This document shows positions 22,907 to 32,674 of a DNA stretch of 64,000 bases, piece by piece; the first letter of the stretch is position 1, and every line of letters starts with the position of its first letter. The translations under genes and the position numbers were made by a program. This stretch comes from Ostreococcus lucimarinus (Eukaryota). The notes below the pieces were generated by a model. That model saw only the letters and a list, made by a program, of their open reading frames with translations, was not told where the DNA came from and searched no databases. Location of the stretch: NCBI GenBank assembly GCA_000092065.1, contig CP000581.1, one strand, 5' to 3'.

Positions 22907-23184
22907 AATTAAAGATAGGAGGAATGCATGATAGATTGCGAGCGTAGACGCGCGAACGGCGCTCGCACGAATCACGAACCTCCGCTCGCCGCTCGTCGCG
23001 CCTCCGTCCCTCGCGTTGGCGGCGAGGCGCGCCGCAGTCTTCGTCGCTCGCTGACTCGCTCGCGAGCTCGAACGCCGCGCTCGCGCGAACGAATCGTAAC
23101 CGTTCGCCGCGCTCGCGTCTGAGGCACCGCGCGCGTCGCGCTCGCGAGTCCGTCGTCGTCTTCGTCGCGCCGCCGCCGCCATAT

Positions 23185-23679
23185 ATGGGTAAATCGGCGC
23201 GCGCCGCGTGTAAGCGCGAAGTCCGCGCCTCGCGCCTGCACGCGCTCAACGAAACCGATGATGATCGCGCAAAGTTCGACGCGAAGCAAGCCGCGATGGC
23301 GCGCGCGATGGCGGCGCCGAAGGTACCCGTGGTGAACTCGCGGGCGCATCAGAACATGACCATGGAGACGGACGACGCGAACGACGCGCGGAGAAGTCGA
23401 GACGTCGTCGTCGACGCCGAGACGCTGGCGCGGGCCGAGGACGCGGCGAGACGAAACGACGAGGCGGTGGCTTGGGGGATGAACGCGGTCGGGAAGGCGG
23501 ATATATTTTTGAAAACAAAGAAGGGCAGCGGCGTGACGAAGAAGGGACGAAGGCCGGACGGCGCGCCGACTCCGAGACAGCTGGCGGCGCAGACGTTTCA
23601 AAACGATTCGAAGGCGCGAAAGAAGATGAAGAGACAGCTGAAACAAGTCAAGTCGGCGCGGTTGAAGGTACCGGCGTGA
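23185..23679 (+). CDS. Small basic/charged hypothetical protein.
   Basis: 164-aa ATG-initiated ORF (MGKSARAACKREV...KKMKRQLKQVKSARLKVPA) with protein-like K/E/R composition. The overlapping minus ORF 22972..23646 is Arg-rich junk. No family recognised. Confidence 0.3.
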   Translation: MGKSARAACKREVRASRLHALNETDDDRAKFDAKQAAMARAMAAPKVPVVNSRAHQNMTMETDDANDARRSRDVVVDAETLARAEDAARRNDEAVAWGMNAVGKADIFLKTKKGSGVTKKGRRPDGAPTPRQLAAQTFQNDSKARKKMKRQLKQVKSARLKVPA

Positions 23680-23752
23680 TAGCGTGGAGGAGATGTTTGT
23701 AACGTTGTGTTTTTAGATTTCATACCTCAAAACAATAATTATGTACACAGTG

Positions 23753-24742
23753 CTACGTGCTAGTGGCGGCGTGCGTCTCTTCTTCAGCGTTCGGCGCTTC
23801 GACAATCACCGCGGTCTCCTCCGGCGATGGTTCGAGTTTAATTTCAGGCGTCGGTCGGGGTGGATCTAAATCACTCATCGGTCGCGGCGCGGGCACGTCC
23901 CACGCCTCGGCGTCCGGTGGATGTTGGAAATCTGGTCCGAAATTAAACACCAACTTCGCCGGCTCCACGTCCGGGGCGGTGAAGAGTGAACCCGCGGGAA
24001 AGTACGCGCCGTCGTCGTCGTTCAGACCCACGTACGCCTTGCCTTGAAACGTCCCGTTTCGCGAGAAGGCGACGAAACTCGCGTTAGCGGGTTCGGGGGC
24101 GTCGCCGCTTTCTTCCTTCTTGAGGCTTTTCATCTTCATCTCTTCGACGAATATGTAACACCCAATGACATCGCCCTCTTTAAAAGGCTCGCCGTAAGGC
24201 GCCAGCGTCGATTCGTGCACCTTCTCCCCACCCACGTCCCTGTACCCGTACCCAAACTTGTCGAATCCGACGGGCGCGTTCGCCTCGCCCTTCTTCGACT
24301 TCCACCCCACTCTGGCGTGTCCGCTCTCCCCCAAGTATGCAATCGTAATCTCATAATAAAACGCACCGCATCGAACTCCGTGCGACGCCGCGCACGTGCG
24401 ATACCCTTTCGAGCTCGTGAACGTCTTACGATCCTCGCTCACCTCGCTCCCCTTCGGTTTCAGTTTCGGATTCAAACACACCGGCCAATACATCGCCGCC
24501 TCCCTCCGCTCGCGTTCGATGTTCGCCTTTTCTTCCTCCGTCATGGATATCGCCACCGCCTTCTCCACTCGATCCGCAAGCGTCTCTTTCGTTCGTTTCT
24601 TTCGTTCCTCGCCGTCGCGCTCGCGCTTCGGGTGCACCGCCGCCACCACCGCGTCCATCTGCTGTCGCATCTCTTCGAATATCGGGTTCCGTCGCACCTG
24701 CGCGCGCGTTCGCGTCGGCGTGTCATCGTCAGTGCGCGTCAT
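23753..24742 (-). CDS. ASH2-like SPRY-domain protein (COMPASS/Set1 complex subunit-like).
   Basis: SPRY core KGYRTCAASHGVRCGAFYYEITIAYLGESGHARVGWKSKKGEANAPVGFDKFGYGYRDVGGEKVHES...GDVIGCYIFV parallels the ASH2L SPRY motifs (RASHGVxxGxWYFEI...GYDKFSY...GDVLGFYI). The start is set at internal Met ~24742, because the track ORF N-terminus (to 25267) is Arg-rich and overlaps the divergent coiled-coil gene. Confidence 0.55.
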   Translation of the reverse strand: MTRTDDDTPTRTRAQVRRNPIFEEMRQQMDAVVAAVHPKRERDGEERKKRTKETLADRVEKAVAISMTEEEKANIERERREAAMYWPVCLNPKLKPKGSEVSEDRKTFTSSKGYRTCAASHGVRCGAFYYEITIAYLGESGHARVGWKSKKGEANAPVGFDKFGYGYRDVGGEKVHESTLAPYGEPFKEGDVIGCYIFVEEMKMKSLKKEESGDAPEPANASFVAFSRNGTFQGKAYVGLNDDDGAYFPAGSLFTAPDVEPAKLVFNFGPDFQHPPDAEAWDVPAPRPMSDLDPPRPTPEIKLEPSPEETAVIVEAPNAEEETHAATST

Positions 24743-25168
24743 CGTCGTCGTCGCGTCGCGCCGCGTCGTCGTCGTCGTCGTCGTCGCGCGCGCACCCTGA
24801 GCGCGGCGGGCGGCGGCCCGGGCTTGCGCGGTCGCTGCTTGTTCGGATCGCGCGGCCGCCCGCGCTTGCGTCCGGTGGGAACGTACGGCGCCATCGCGCC
24901 CGATCGACGCGCGCGGTCGACGGCGAGGCGGGTCGACGCGCCGCGCGGTGCCGACGCGACGCGCGAACCAATGCCGACGGCAGACCGGCGCGTCCGCGAG
25001 CGGACCGGCGCGATCGCGCGTCGATCGATCGCGCCGGTCGACATGCGCGAGGTCGACGACGTCGTCGTGCGATCGTCGTGGATATGGGCGCTCGCGGAGG
25101 AGGACGCGCGCGAAGGGGCGGGATTTCGGACGAGAGGGAAACAGACCGTTGAGCGCATTCGCGCGAGA

Positions 25169-26281
25169 ATGACGACGCCGACGTGCGCGGGAGGCGCCGA
25201 TGGCGGCGCGCGCGGCGACGCGAGTAAGCGCGGTGCCGGTGCGACTCGGAGACCGTTCGGCGCGCACGTGGGGGGGTATTCAGACGCGTCGAGCTCGGAC
25301 GGCGAGCCGACGCCGAGCGCGACGCGACCGCCGCGAGCGCACGCGCGCGCGGAAACGTCGAGACGCGACGGTGGGGCGTCGCGCGGCGCGACGACGTCGA
25401 GCGCAAAGCTTCGGGCGTTGTCCAAGGAGGCGGCTTGCTTTCGAGAGGAGTTGACGAAGGAGAAGCGTCGACGCGAGAGGGCGGAGGGAAAACTTGAGGA
25501 GCTCTCGGGAGAGTGCGTCAAGTTAAAGCGCGAGCACGCGGCGTTGAGATATTCGCACGATAAGTTAAAGGAGACGAAAGACGGGGATGATGACGAGCGT
25601 AAGCGACAGATTCGGGCTCTGAAGAAGAAGTTGACGAAGACTTTGGAGCGAGAATCAAAGCAAAGGCGCCGGTCAGTATCGACGCTCAAGATGGCGTTGG
25701 ATGCGCTGCGTTCGTTCGCGCCGACGGCGCCGAGCGGGCGCGCTCTGGGCGGTTCAGCCGTCAGCGCGGTCATCGCCGAGTTGAGCGCACTGACCGAGGC
25801 GATCGCGCTGAGAGATAGCTTGGCGATGGAGGAGGACGACAACGCGCCGGCGACGCGCGAAACCATCGCGTCGTCTTGGAGCGTCGCAGAAATAGAGCGA
25901 GCAAAGGCGCAAGTGGAGATTTTAGAGCGCGAGCTCGGCGACGCGCACGAAATCATCCGCACCTCCGAGAAGGAGAGGGTCATCTTAGAGCGAGAGTTGG
26001 CTTCGGCGCGAAGAGAAATTCACGCGCAGGCCGCGCGTCACGACGACGACATCCGCGTGGCGACGGAAGCCACGTCACGCGCGATAGAGATGGTGCGCGA
26101 ACAGCGCGAAGACGTCGAACAGCGCGACTCGAGGGCCGACGCACCGTCACCGCGCGTGTCTTCTCCTCCCTCGCCGCTCGCGCGCGACCTTCGCGCGGAC
26201 ATGGACGTCCTCGAGCGCGAACTGGCGCAGCTGCACCATCACATGGCCGAAGCCTTGGCGGAGGTGGAGGACATCGCCTGA
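25169..26281 (+). CDS. Coiled-coil protein of unknown function.
   Basis: Protein-like part of track ORF 24044..26281, starting at ATG 25169: ...KLRALSKEAACFREELTKEKRRRERAEGKLEELSGECVKLKREHAALRYSHDKLKE...ILERELASARREIHAQ... The upstream part of that ORF is antisense to the ASH2-like gene. Confidence 0.4.
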   Translation: MTTPTCAGGADGGARGDASKRGAGATRRPFGAHVGGYSDASSSDGEPTPSATRPPRAHARAETSRRDGGASRGATTSSAKLRALSKEAACFREELTKEKRRRERAEGKLEELSGECVKLKREHAALRYSHDKLKETKDGDDDERKRQIRALKKKLTKTLERESKQRRRSVSTLKMALDALRSFAPTAPSGRALGGSAVSAVIAELSALTEAIALRDSLAMEEDDNAPATRETIASSWSVAEIERAKAQVEILERELGDAHEIIRTSEKERVILERELASARREIHAQAARHDDDIRVATEATSRAIEMVREQREDVEQRDSRADAPSPRVSSPPSPLARDLRADMDVLERELAQLHHHMAEALAEVEDIA

Positions 26282-26444
26282 CGCAACTAGTTATTTATGC
26301 ACCCCACACCGCTGTAATCGATATCGTCCCATCGCCCGACCAATCCTTCGACGACTCCCTTCGGCGCCGTCTCGCCTCGACGTCACTACGCGCAGCGCGG
26401 CGTCCTCGACCGATCGTCGTCCCACCGATCGTCGTCCCTCGCCG

Positions 26445-27068
26445 ATGTCTCGCCACGTCGCGCGTCGCGCGTTCTCTCTCGCGACGTCCGTCGCGCCCGC
26501 GCGCGCCGCGCGCGCCGCGACCGCGCCGTCGACGTCGTTCGCGCGCGCCGTCGCCGCCTTCGCCCCGTCGTCGTCGTCGCCGTCGCCCTCGCCGCCGCTC
26601 GCGCGCGCGTTCGCGAGCGGACTCACGATCAACGGCGGCGTCACCCCCGCCGTGGACGCCGTGCCGGAATCCATCGTCCTCGTGCCGCGCGAGGAGGCGC
26701 CGGCGATCGACGCCGAGCGCGGCGTCGAGGTGCGCCCTAAAGACGTCTTCGGCGTCGTCGAGGTGCGGTCGCATCAGTTCAAGGTGTCCCCGGACGACTT
26801 GATATTCGTGGATAAGATAAAGGACGTCGAGGTGAACGATGTGGTGAGGTTGCCGCGGGTGCTGATGCTGGGGAGCAAGACGCGAACGGTGATCGGGCGG
26901 CCGACGGTGCCAGGGGCGGAGGTTCTCGCGTTGGTCGAGGAGCACGTGCGGGACGGGAAGAAGTTTATATTCAAGAAGAAGCGGCGGAAGAATTATCGAC
27001 GGATGAATGGGTACAGAGCGCAGCTCACGGGATTGAGAGTGTTGGAGGTTAGGGGCATTGAGGAGTAG
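26445..27068 (+). CDS. Organellar (bacterial-type) ribosomal protein bL21 precursor.
   Basis: Presequence, then FGVVEVRSHQFKVSPDDLIFVDKI...VLMLGSKTRTVIGRPTVPGAEVLALVEEHVRDGKKFIFKKKRRKNYRRMNGYRAQLTGLRVLEV, the bL21 pattern (YAVvEigGKQykV...kKKRRK.YrRk.GHRQ). Confidence 0.85.
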   Translation: MSRHVARRAFSLATSVAPARAARAATAPSTSFARAVAAFAPSSSSPSPSPPLARAFASGLTINGGVTPAVDAVPESIVLVPREEAPAIDAERGVEVRPKDVFGVVEVRSHQFKVSPDDLIFVDKIKDVEVNDVVRLPRVLMLGSKTRTVIGRPTVPGAEVLALVEEHVRDGKKFIFKKKRRKNYRRMNGYRAQLTGLRVLEVRGIEE

Positions 27069-27142
27069 TGCGTGCGCGCGATAGAAGACGATAGAGACGC
27101 GATTTGATTTTAAGATCTTCAGACGGTAGATTAACAACTTTG

Positions 27143-27940
27143 TCACGCGAACATGCGTCGGATATCGTGCGCGAAATTTGAATCCTTGAATTTTGGCGAG
27201 TCGTCCGCGCTGCTCATCGAGAAACGGGACTTGAGCGGCGCCATCGATTCTCGAATCGAATTCGCGTACGGCGTGAAGACGCGCTTCATCACCGTCGTCA
27301 CGTCGCCGATAGAGTGAATGCCGAGCGTTTTGCACGCCGTCAATGTTAAGCCCAAGGTACCCCAAACGGCCAACGTCCCCCCCCACGCCATGGCGCGTCC
27401 CGGCGTCGGATCCGGCATCAACTTGACTCGCTTGCCCGCGACTTCCACGAATGAGTTATCAACCATGTACCTCGCCGCGCGCGATTCCACCCCGTCCAGC
27501 GCTTGCTTAGGAACCTCCGACATGAGAGTCGTCGCTTTGTGTACGCTGAATATAGTCGCTCCCTCGACGCCACTCCCCGTCGTGCCCGCTACCCACTTAT
27601 TCTTCCCGAGCGTCACGCGTCCGCCGAGCAGAAACCCGTCCGTGTATCGCAAATTCGTCACCAAGTGGTGCTTCGTCATGAACTCACGATCTATCACGCG
27701 TTTCACGTGTTTCGCTTCCTCGACACCGTTCAGCCGTAACGAATGCGCCATGATCTGCGGTAACGCACTCGCGCCGACTGTTCGCTTCGCCGCGCGTTCG
27801 CTCGCCGCCGTCATGGCGGCGTCGTACCGTCCCTCCGCCTTCAGCTTGGCCACGTACCTTCGCACCTCGTGCTCTTGTTCCGTCTTGAAGAACTTTTCCT
27901 CGTGCGCGCGCCGCACGCCGTCGAGCGCGTTTCCACTCAT
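27143..27940 (-). CDS. Hypothetical protein, possibly mitochondrial.
   Basis: 265-aa ATG-initiated ORF with protein-like composition. No confident family assignment. Confidence 0.35.
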   Translation of the reverse strand: MSGNALDGVRRAHEEKFFKTEQEHEVRRYVAKLKAEGRYDAAMTAASERAAKRTVGASALPQIMAHSLRLNGVEEAKHVKRVIDREFMTKHHLVTNLRYTDGFLLGGRVTLGKNKWVAGTTGSGVEGATIFSVHKATTLMSEVPKQALDGVESRAARYMVDNSFVEVAGKRVKLMPDPTPGRAMAWGGTLAVWGTLGLTLTACKTLGIHSIGDVTTVMKRVFTPYANSIRESMAPLKSRFSMSSADDSPKFKDSNFAHDIRRMFA

Positions 27941-28299
27941 GGTTCACGCGCGTCGTCCTCGAGCGTTCGAGAAATTGCGAGAAATTTCCACGTCAGCGTC
28001 CGGCGGCGAAGAAAACGCGTCGACGACGTCGCGCGTCGGTCGCGCGTCGGTCGCGCTGAGTCGCAGATGGGCTCGAAAGGCCTCGATGGATCGCCGAGAG
28101 CGGCGATTGGTGATAGGGTGCGGGAAGTGACGCGCGGCGCGAGAGAAGGCGCTCTATCCTCTGAATCTTGTTAGTCGGCCCAACGCGCGGTTCAGAGCGA
28201 GCCACGAGGATAACGCGAGAAGAGCGGCAACGAGACGCGAAAACTGCGCCGGATTTACATCGAATGGATTAAACAAATTACAAAACGCCTCGAGGCGGT

Positions 28300-29004
28300 C
28301 TAGGAAGTGGGAATGGTGAACGATTGCGTGGACGTGTCTTCGTCGCCGACGGTGTATTGCGCGACGAAGCGCGAAGAATCCAACTCGCGAACGATCCAGA
28401 TGTGCATTTGAAAGGTTTTCACGATGCCTTGGTGTTGTGGATGTACGTCGACGTAGTGGACTTCGTTACCGTCGAAATCAACCCAGTAAAGCGACACCGC
28501 GGTGGGACGGGCGTTGTAGAAGATGGCCACTCGCTTTGCCAAACCCGGGACGGACTTCGACGACCCGTCGAACGGCCCGCCGGTGAAGCCCGAAATCGGC
28601 GATGACGTAGAGTATGCGTCTGATGCGTCGTCGACGCCCGCGCCATCGGTAACGGCATCTTGTGCATCGCTCGCCGCCGTACTCGCTTGCGCTTTCGCGA
28701 ATGACGTCGCCGCCGCCTGCGTCAGTTCGCTCAGCCGTTCCCGAAGCCCCCCGGCGTTTTCCTCCATCGCTATCGACAGCGCCCCTTGCGCGCCGTTCTT
28801 TTTGAAATACTTTACTAAATCGCTCACGTCGTCTAAACGCACGAGCGACACGCGCGATCGCCGAACGGAGGTCGCCTTGAGCGCAGTCGCGGCGTCGTCG
28901 CCGTCGGTCGCGCGTTCGTTTGACCCCCCCAGCGCTGCGCACGTCGGCCCCTCCAGAGACGAGCACGCATCGTCGCCATCGTACGCATCTCCCACGTTTC
29001 TCAC
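28300..29004 (-). CDS. Protein with a C-terminal von Hippel-Lindau (VHL) beta-domain. No alpha/elongin-binding domain follows.
   Basis: KRVAIFYNARPTAVSLYWVDFDGNEVHYVDVHPQHQGIVKTFQMHIWIVRELDSSRFVAQY aligns by eye to the human VHL beta-domain [61 protein letters not shown]. Confidence 0.55.
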   Translation of the reverse strand: MRNVGDAYDGDDACSSLEGPTCAALGGSNERATDGDDAATALKATSVRRSRVSLVRLDDVSDLVKYFKKNGAQGALSIAMEENAGGLRERLSELTQAAATSFAKAQASTAASDAQDAVTDGAGVDDASDAYSTSSPISGFTGGPFDGSSKSVPGLAKRVAIFYNARPTAVSLYWVDFDGNEVHYVDVHPQHQGIVKTFQMHIWIVRELDSSRFVAQYTVGDEDTSTQSFTIPTS

Positions 29005-29453
29005 GAGCGCCTAACCGATCGATAAGTAGAGATCGTCAGTCTGTCGCAGTCGAAGTCGTCCCGCGCGTGCGTCTCACGCGTCCCCGACCGCCCGAGTCCC
29101 TAAGCGCGCGTCGATCGAGCGTCGGCCTCACCTCTCTCGGGAACGCGACGTGTTTGGCGATCATGTCCGCGAGCGTCAGCCCTCGCAAAGGCGCGGACGA
29201 CGCTCTGGACGCGAGCGCGACTTCGTCCGTCGTCACGACGAATTCACCACACGCGCGCGTCGACGTCGCGAGCGCGAGCGCGCACGCGAGCGCGCAGCGC
29301 GCGAGCGAAATGCGCGCGAACGATGTGCCACGCGGCATCGTTGATCGAACTGAGCCGTCCGCGGAAGCCGAGTTGTGACGTTCAGGCGTCCTCGACGGCG
29401 CTTCGCGAGCGGGGACGAGGTTTGGTGTTATTGTGGTTGTTGCTCTGCATAAT

Positions 29454-30185
29454 CTACGCGCTCTTCACGGGTGGCGTGTTTTTTAGCACGCGAATCAGAG
29501 ATCGCATCTTGGACAGGTCGGTGAGGGAGTCGGGGACGAGATTTTCATCCGACACGTAGTTGGAAACCGCCTCCCAACCGCTGGCGTTCGCGAAGAGCTC
29601 TTCCTCCGCCGTTTGGCGCTCGCGGTTCGCCTGCTTGGCGCTCGAGATTTGCTTGGCGCGCTGCGAATCCATGAGTTCCAGCTCGGCCTGGGCTTCCTCT
29701 TTGATGCGTTCGATTTCGCGCTTCTCCGCCTCCTCGCGTTCGGCGAGTTGCTTGGCTTGCTCGGCGCGAAACGCCTGCAAGTGCGGCGAGTTGTACATGT
29801 TCACCGCCGGTTCCTCCGCCATCACCGATTGCTCAGGCGCCGCAAAATCGGATTCACTCAACGCACTCGCGGACCCGGCGTTAGACATGACCGCTACGGG
29901 TTCCATCGGCGCCTCCTCCGGCGCCGGCGCCGCGGGTTCGGCCGGCGCCGCGTGCTCCACCGCCATCTGCCCCACCTCCGCCGTCATCTGTTCCACCGCC
30001 GCCGGCTCCGCCGCAAAATCGCCGAAGTCATCCAATCCACCGTCCGCGTGCCCCGAGTCCTCCGCGCCCGCGTTCGTTCCGAAATCTTTCGACGCGCTCA
30101 GCGAGCTCACGCTCTGAAACGACGAATTCATCTGCATCTGCGCCTCCTGCGCGCCCGCGTCCTCGTGCACCGATCCATCGTCCAT
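29454..30185 (-). CDS. CLC: Clathrin light chain.
   Basis: ATG at ~30185 (MDDGSVHE...; the track start at 30215 is a GTG). Acidic N-terminus, then heavy-chain-binding coiled coil AFRAEQAKQLAEREEAEKREIERIKEEAQAELE, then C-terminal WEAVSNYV...DLSKMRSLIRVLKNTPP, matching the CLC consensus W.RV..L.D...D.SRMR.VL..LK. Confidence 0.7.
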   Translation of the reverse strand: MDDGSVHEDAGAQEAQMQMNSSFQSVSSLSASKDFGTNAGAEDSGHADGGLDDFGDFAAEPAAVEQMTAEVGQMAVEHAAPAEPAAPAPEEAPMEPVAVMSNAGSASALSESDFAAPEQSVMAEEPAVNMYNSPHLQAFRAEQAKQLAEREEAEKREIERIKEEAQAELELMDSQRAKQISSAKQANRERQTAEEELFANASGWEAVSNYVSDENLVPDSLTDLSKMRSLIRVLKNTPPVKSA

Positions 30186-30508
30186 GGTATCGTGCGCTGC
30201 GTCTCGAACACACACCCCTCGTCGTCGTCGTCAGTCTCCGCGCGCCGTCGCCGATTCGCGCGACCGCGCCGTCCGTCCGTTTTCAGATCGGCCGGCGCCT
30301 TCGCGCCGCGCGCGTCGCTTCGTCGTCGCGCGTCGCGTTCGCCGCGTCGCGCGCGCGCACCGCTCGCGCTCCCGCCGTCCGCGCCGGCGCTCACGACGGC
30401 CTGCGCGAAGTCCGCGGTCGAGTCCTCGCTCATGTTCGCGGTCGAATTCTGACGACCGACGCGACGCGACGCGACATCGCGACGCCGCGCGGCGCCGGCG
30501 CGGCCGAC

Positions 30509-31165
30509 ATGCCGCCCGCGCGCGACGTCGCGGACGGTGAATGCGTGCGCCTGTGGCGCACGACGGACGAGCGCAAGCGGTACGACGATTTCGCGACGCT
30601 GTACGCGCTCGCGCGCGCGCTCGAGAAGCTCGAGCGGGCGTACGTGCGGTCGAGCGTCGACGCGAAGGCGTACGAGCGCGCGTGCGTGGACCTGACGAGC
30701 AAGTTTAAGACGCTGCGGAGCGTGCTGCGCGATTCCGTGCCGGACCTCGATCGATTCTTGGAGACGTACGGGGCGAGGGTGCCGGCGGCGAGACGGAGGC
30801 TGGAGGCTGGGGTGCCGGCGACGGCGGAGCACGGAGGCGCGGCGAGAGGCACGGAGGCGGAGGGGAGGGCGGAGGCGCGCGCGGTGGCGGACGCGACGCA
30901 TTGTTTCATAGGGGTGATGGATACGGTGAAGCTGGACATGCGGGCGAAGGATCAGGTGGCGCCGGCGCTCGGGGACTTGTTGCTGGCGCTGTGCAAGGTG
31001 AGTCGGTTGCCGAACGATTTCGAGGGGACGAAGTGCGTGCGGAAGTGGGTTCTGAGACTAGATGAGATGCGCGCGTCGGAGGTTCTCGAGGAGGAGGAAA
31101 CGAGAGAGTTTTTGTATGAGATTGAAAACGCATACTCGACGTTTTTAGCGAGCCTCGGCGGATAG
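30509..31165 (+). CDS. VPS28: ESCRT-I subunit VPS28.
   Basis: N-terminal domain ERKRYDDFATLYALARALEKLERAYVRSSVDAKAYERACVDLTSKFK. C-terminal four-helix domain RLPNDFEGTKCVRKWVLRLDEMRASEVLEEEETREFLYEIENAYSTFLASLGG. Confidence 0.85.
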   Translation: MPPARDVADGECVRLWRTTDERKRYDDFATLYALARALEKLERAYVRSSVDAKAYERACVDLTSKFKTLRSVLRDSVPDLDRFLETYGARVPAARRRLEAGVPATAEHGGAARGTEAEGRAEARAVADATHCFIGVMDTVKLDMRAKDQVAPALGDLLLALCKVSRLPNDFEGTKCVRKWVLRLDEMRASEVLEEEETREFLYEIENAYSTFLASLGG

Positions 31166-31250
31166 CGCTCGAGACAAATTTGTAGTTGTAATGTACTCGG
31201 TGTCACCCTCAAGCGCCGGCGACGAGCAGACTGGCAGACTATCTATCAGA

Positions 31251-32348
31251 CTAAACGAGCGGAGTGGATTCATCTTTGTCACCGCACGATTGCACTTTGC
31301 GCGTTTCGGCCGAACGACGCTTCAAGAGACCGAAGAGGGCGACGATGAGGGTTAATAACACACCGCATCCGACGACTCGAGCGACGCGGTTGCCGTCGAT
31401 GGATACGACGCCCGAAGCGCTCTGCAGAGAGAATCTAGCGTTGGCGTGGGGACAGTGGGCGAGTTCACCCGGAATCTCGTCGAGGTTGGCGCTGGTGAAG
31501 TTCCCGACGAGGTAGGAGGCTGCGTAATGATCCTTGAAACATCCCAGAAAGTGACAGACGCTCGCGCCGCGACTCGTCGCCTCCGCCTTTGACGCGCAAG
31601 GACTTCCAATGTGGCACGCGTCGTGCTCGCGGAGAACGCCCGCGTTTGCGTATTTCGGCATGACGTATCGGATAAACGCCCCTTGTTCATACTTACCCCC
31701 GCTGTACGCGCACGTCCCGTCGCGACTTTCGTCGTTGCACGTCCAACTTGTGTTGTCCGGGTTCATTCGCCAGTTTTGTCTCGGGTACAGTTGAGCCCAC
31801 GTGTCCATGATTTCCCGGCCTTTGGTGGAATTATTCACCCCCCAAACCCCGGCGTTAAATTTTGCCACCCAATTCAGCCCCACCGGACACGTCACCGCGG
31901 TATGCCCAGCGTAAAAAAACTCCGCGCCGTTGAAGAGCTCGTCCGCCACAGCCGACACGCCCGCCCGCGTCGCGCCGTCGCACCTTCGGACCCCGTCGTC
32001 ATCGACGCTCTCGCACACGCTCCGCCCGAGATGCAACGTTGCATCCGAATCCAACCAAATCACTCGATCGCACGACCCAGAGCGGAGAAGATCGCGAACG
32101 AGAAACACTTTCGCCCAATACGGCGACGCCGACTCCGGCGGCCGCTCCAACCGGTACGAACACGACGGCCCGTCGCCCTCGCACGTCGCTCGATTGTGCG
32201 CCATCAGCCGTCCTTCCATCGCATCGAACGCCGGTCGACCGATTCGGGTATCCGACTGCGACACGCACGTCGTCGTCGTCGTCGTCGTCGACGCCGTCTC
32301 GTCAACAGCATCGACTTCGCGTTCACGGTGCATCGCGCGCGCGCGCAT
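31251..32348 (-). CDS. Glycosyltransferase family 34-like (GMA12/MNN10-type nucleotide-sugar transferase).
   Basis: PYWAKVFLVRDLL...CDRVIWLDSDATL (P.WaK and DxD-containing WLDSDA motif typical of GT34). C-terminal hydrophobic segment VVGCGVLLTLIVALFGLL. Confidence 0.45.
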   Translation of the reverse strand: MRARAMHREREVDAVDETASTTTTTTTCVSQSDTRIGRPAFDAMEGRLMAHNRATCEGDGPSCSYRLERPPESASPYWAKVFLVRDLLRSGSCDRVIWLDSDATLHLGRSVCESVDDDGVRRCDGATRAGVSAVADELFNGAEFFYAGHTAVTCPVGLNWVAKFNAGVWGVNNSTKGREIMDTWAQLYPRQNWRMNPDNTSWTCNDESRDGTCAYSGGKYEQGAFIRYVMPKYANAGVLREHDACHIGSPCASKAEATSRGASVCHFLGCFKDHYAASYLVGNFTSANLDEIPGELAHCPHANARFSLQSASGVVSIDGNRVARVVGCGVLLTLIVALFGLLKRRSAETRKVQSCGDKDESTPLV

Positions 32349-32601
32349 CGATCGTACTCCTCGTCACGCGTCGTCGTCGCGCGGTGTCGAAGACGATCGA
32401 CGCCACCCTTGCGCTTTACTCAAACCCGCGTCGTCGTCGTCGGCGGCGGCTCCGGCGTCACGGCCGTCGATCGGCGCAGTTCTGTCGACGCGTTTCGTGT
32501 TGGGAGTGGATCCGAGCTTTTACTTTGACGCGGATTCTAATCGAAGTTTGCTCGTAACACCCACACGCGTTGGTTTTCGCGACGTAACGAGAGTCCGTTC
32601 T

Positions 32602-32674
32602 GAGGAGGAGGAAACGAGAGAGTTTTTGTATGAGATTGCAAACGCATACTCGACGCTTTTAGCGAGCCTCGGCG
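32602..32674. repeat. Second copy of a 73-bp segment whose first copy (31088..31160) encodes the C-terminal tail of VPS28. About 97% identical, same orientation, 1.5 kb apart.
   Basis: Both copies read gaggaggaggaaacgagagagtttttgtatgagattg[a/c]aaacgcatactcgacg[t/c]ttttagcgagcctcggcg. Copy 2 overlaps the last five codons and TAA stop of the opposite-strand GTPBP1 gene. Confidence 0.7.

Noticed and set aside
22972-23646. 224-aa minus-strand ORF overlapping the 23185..23679 plus-strand ORF.
   Set aside because: The minus-strand product is Arg-rich junk. The plus-strand product has protein-like K/E composition and an ATG start.
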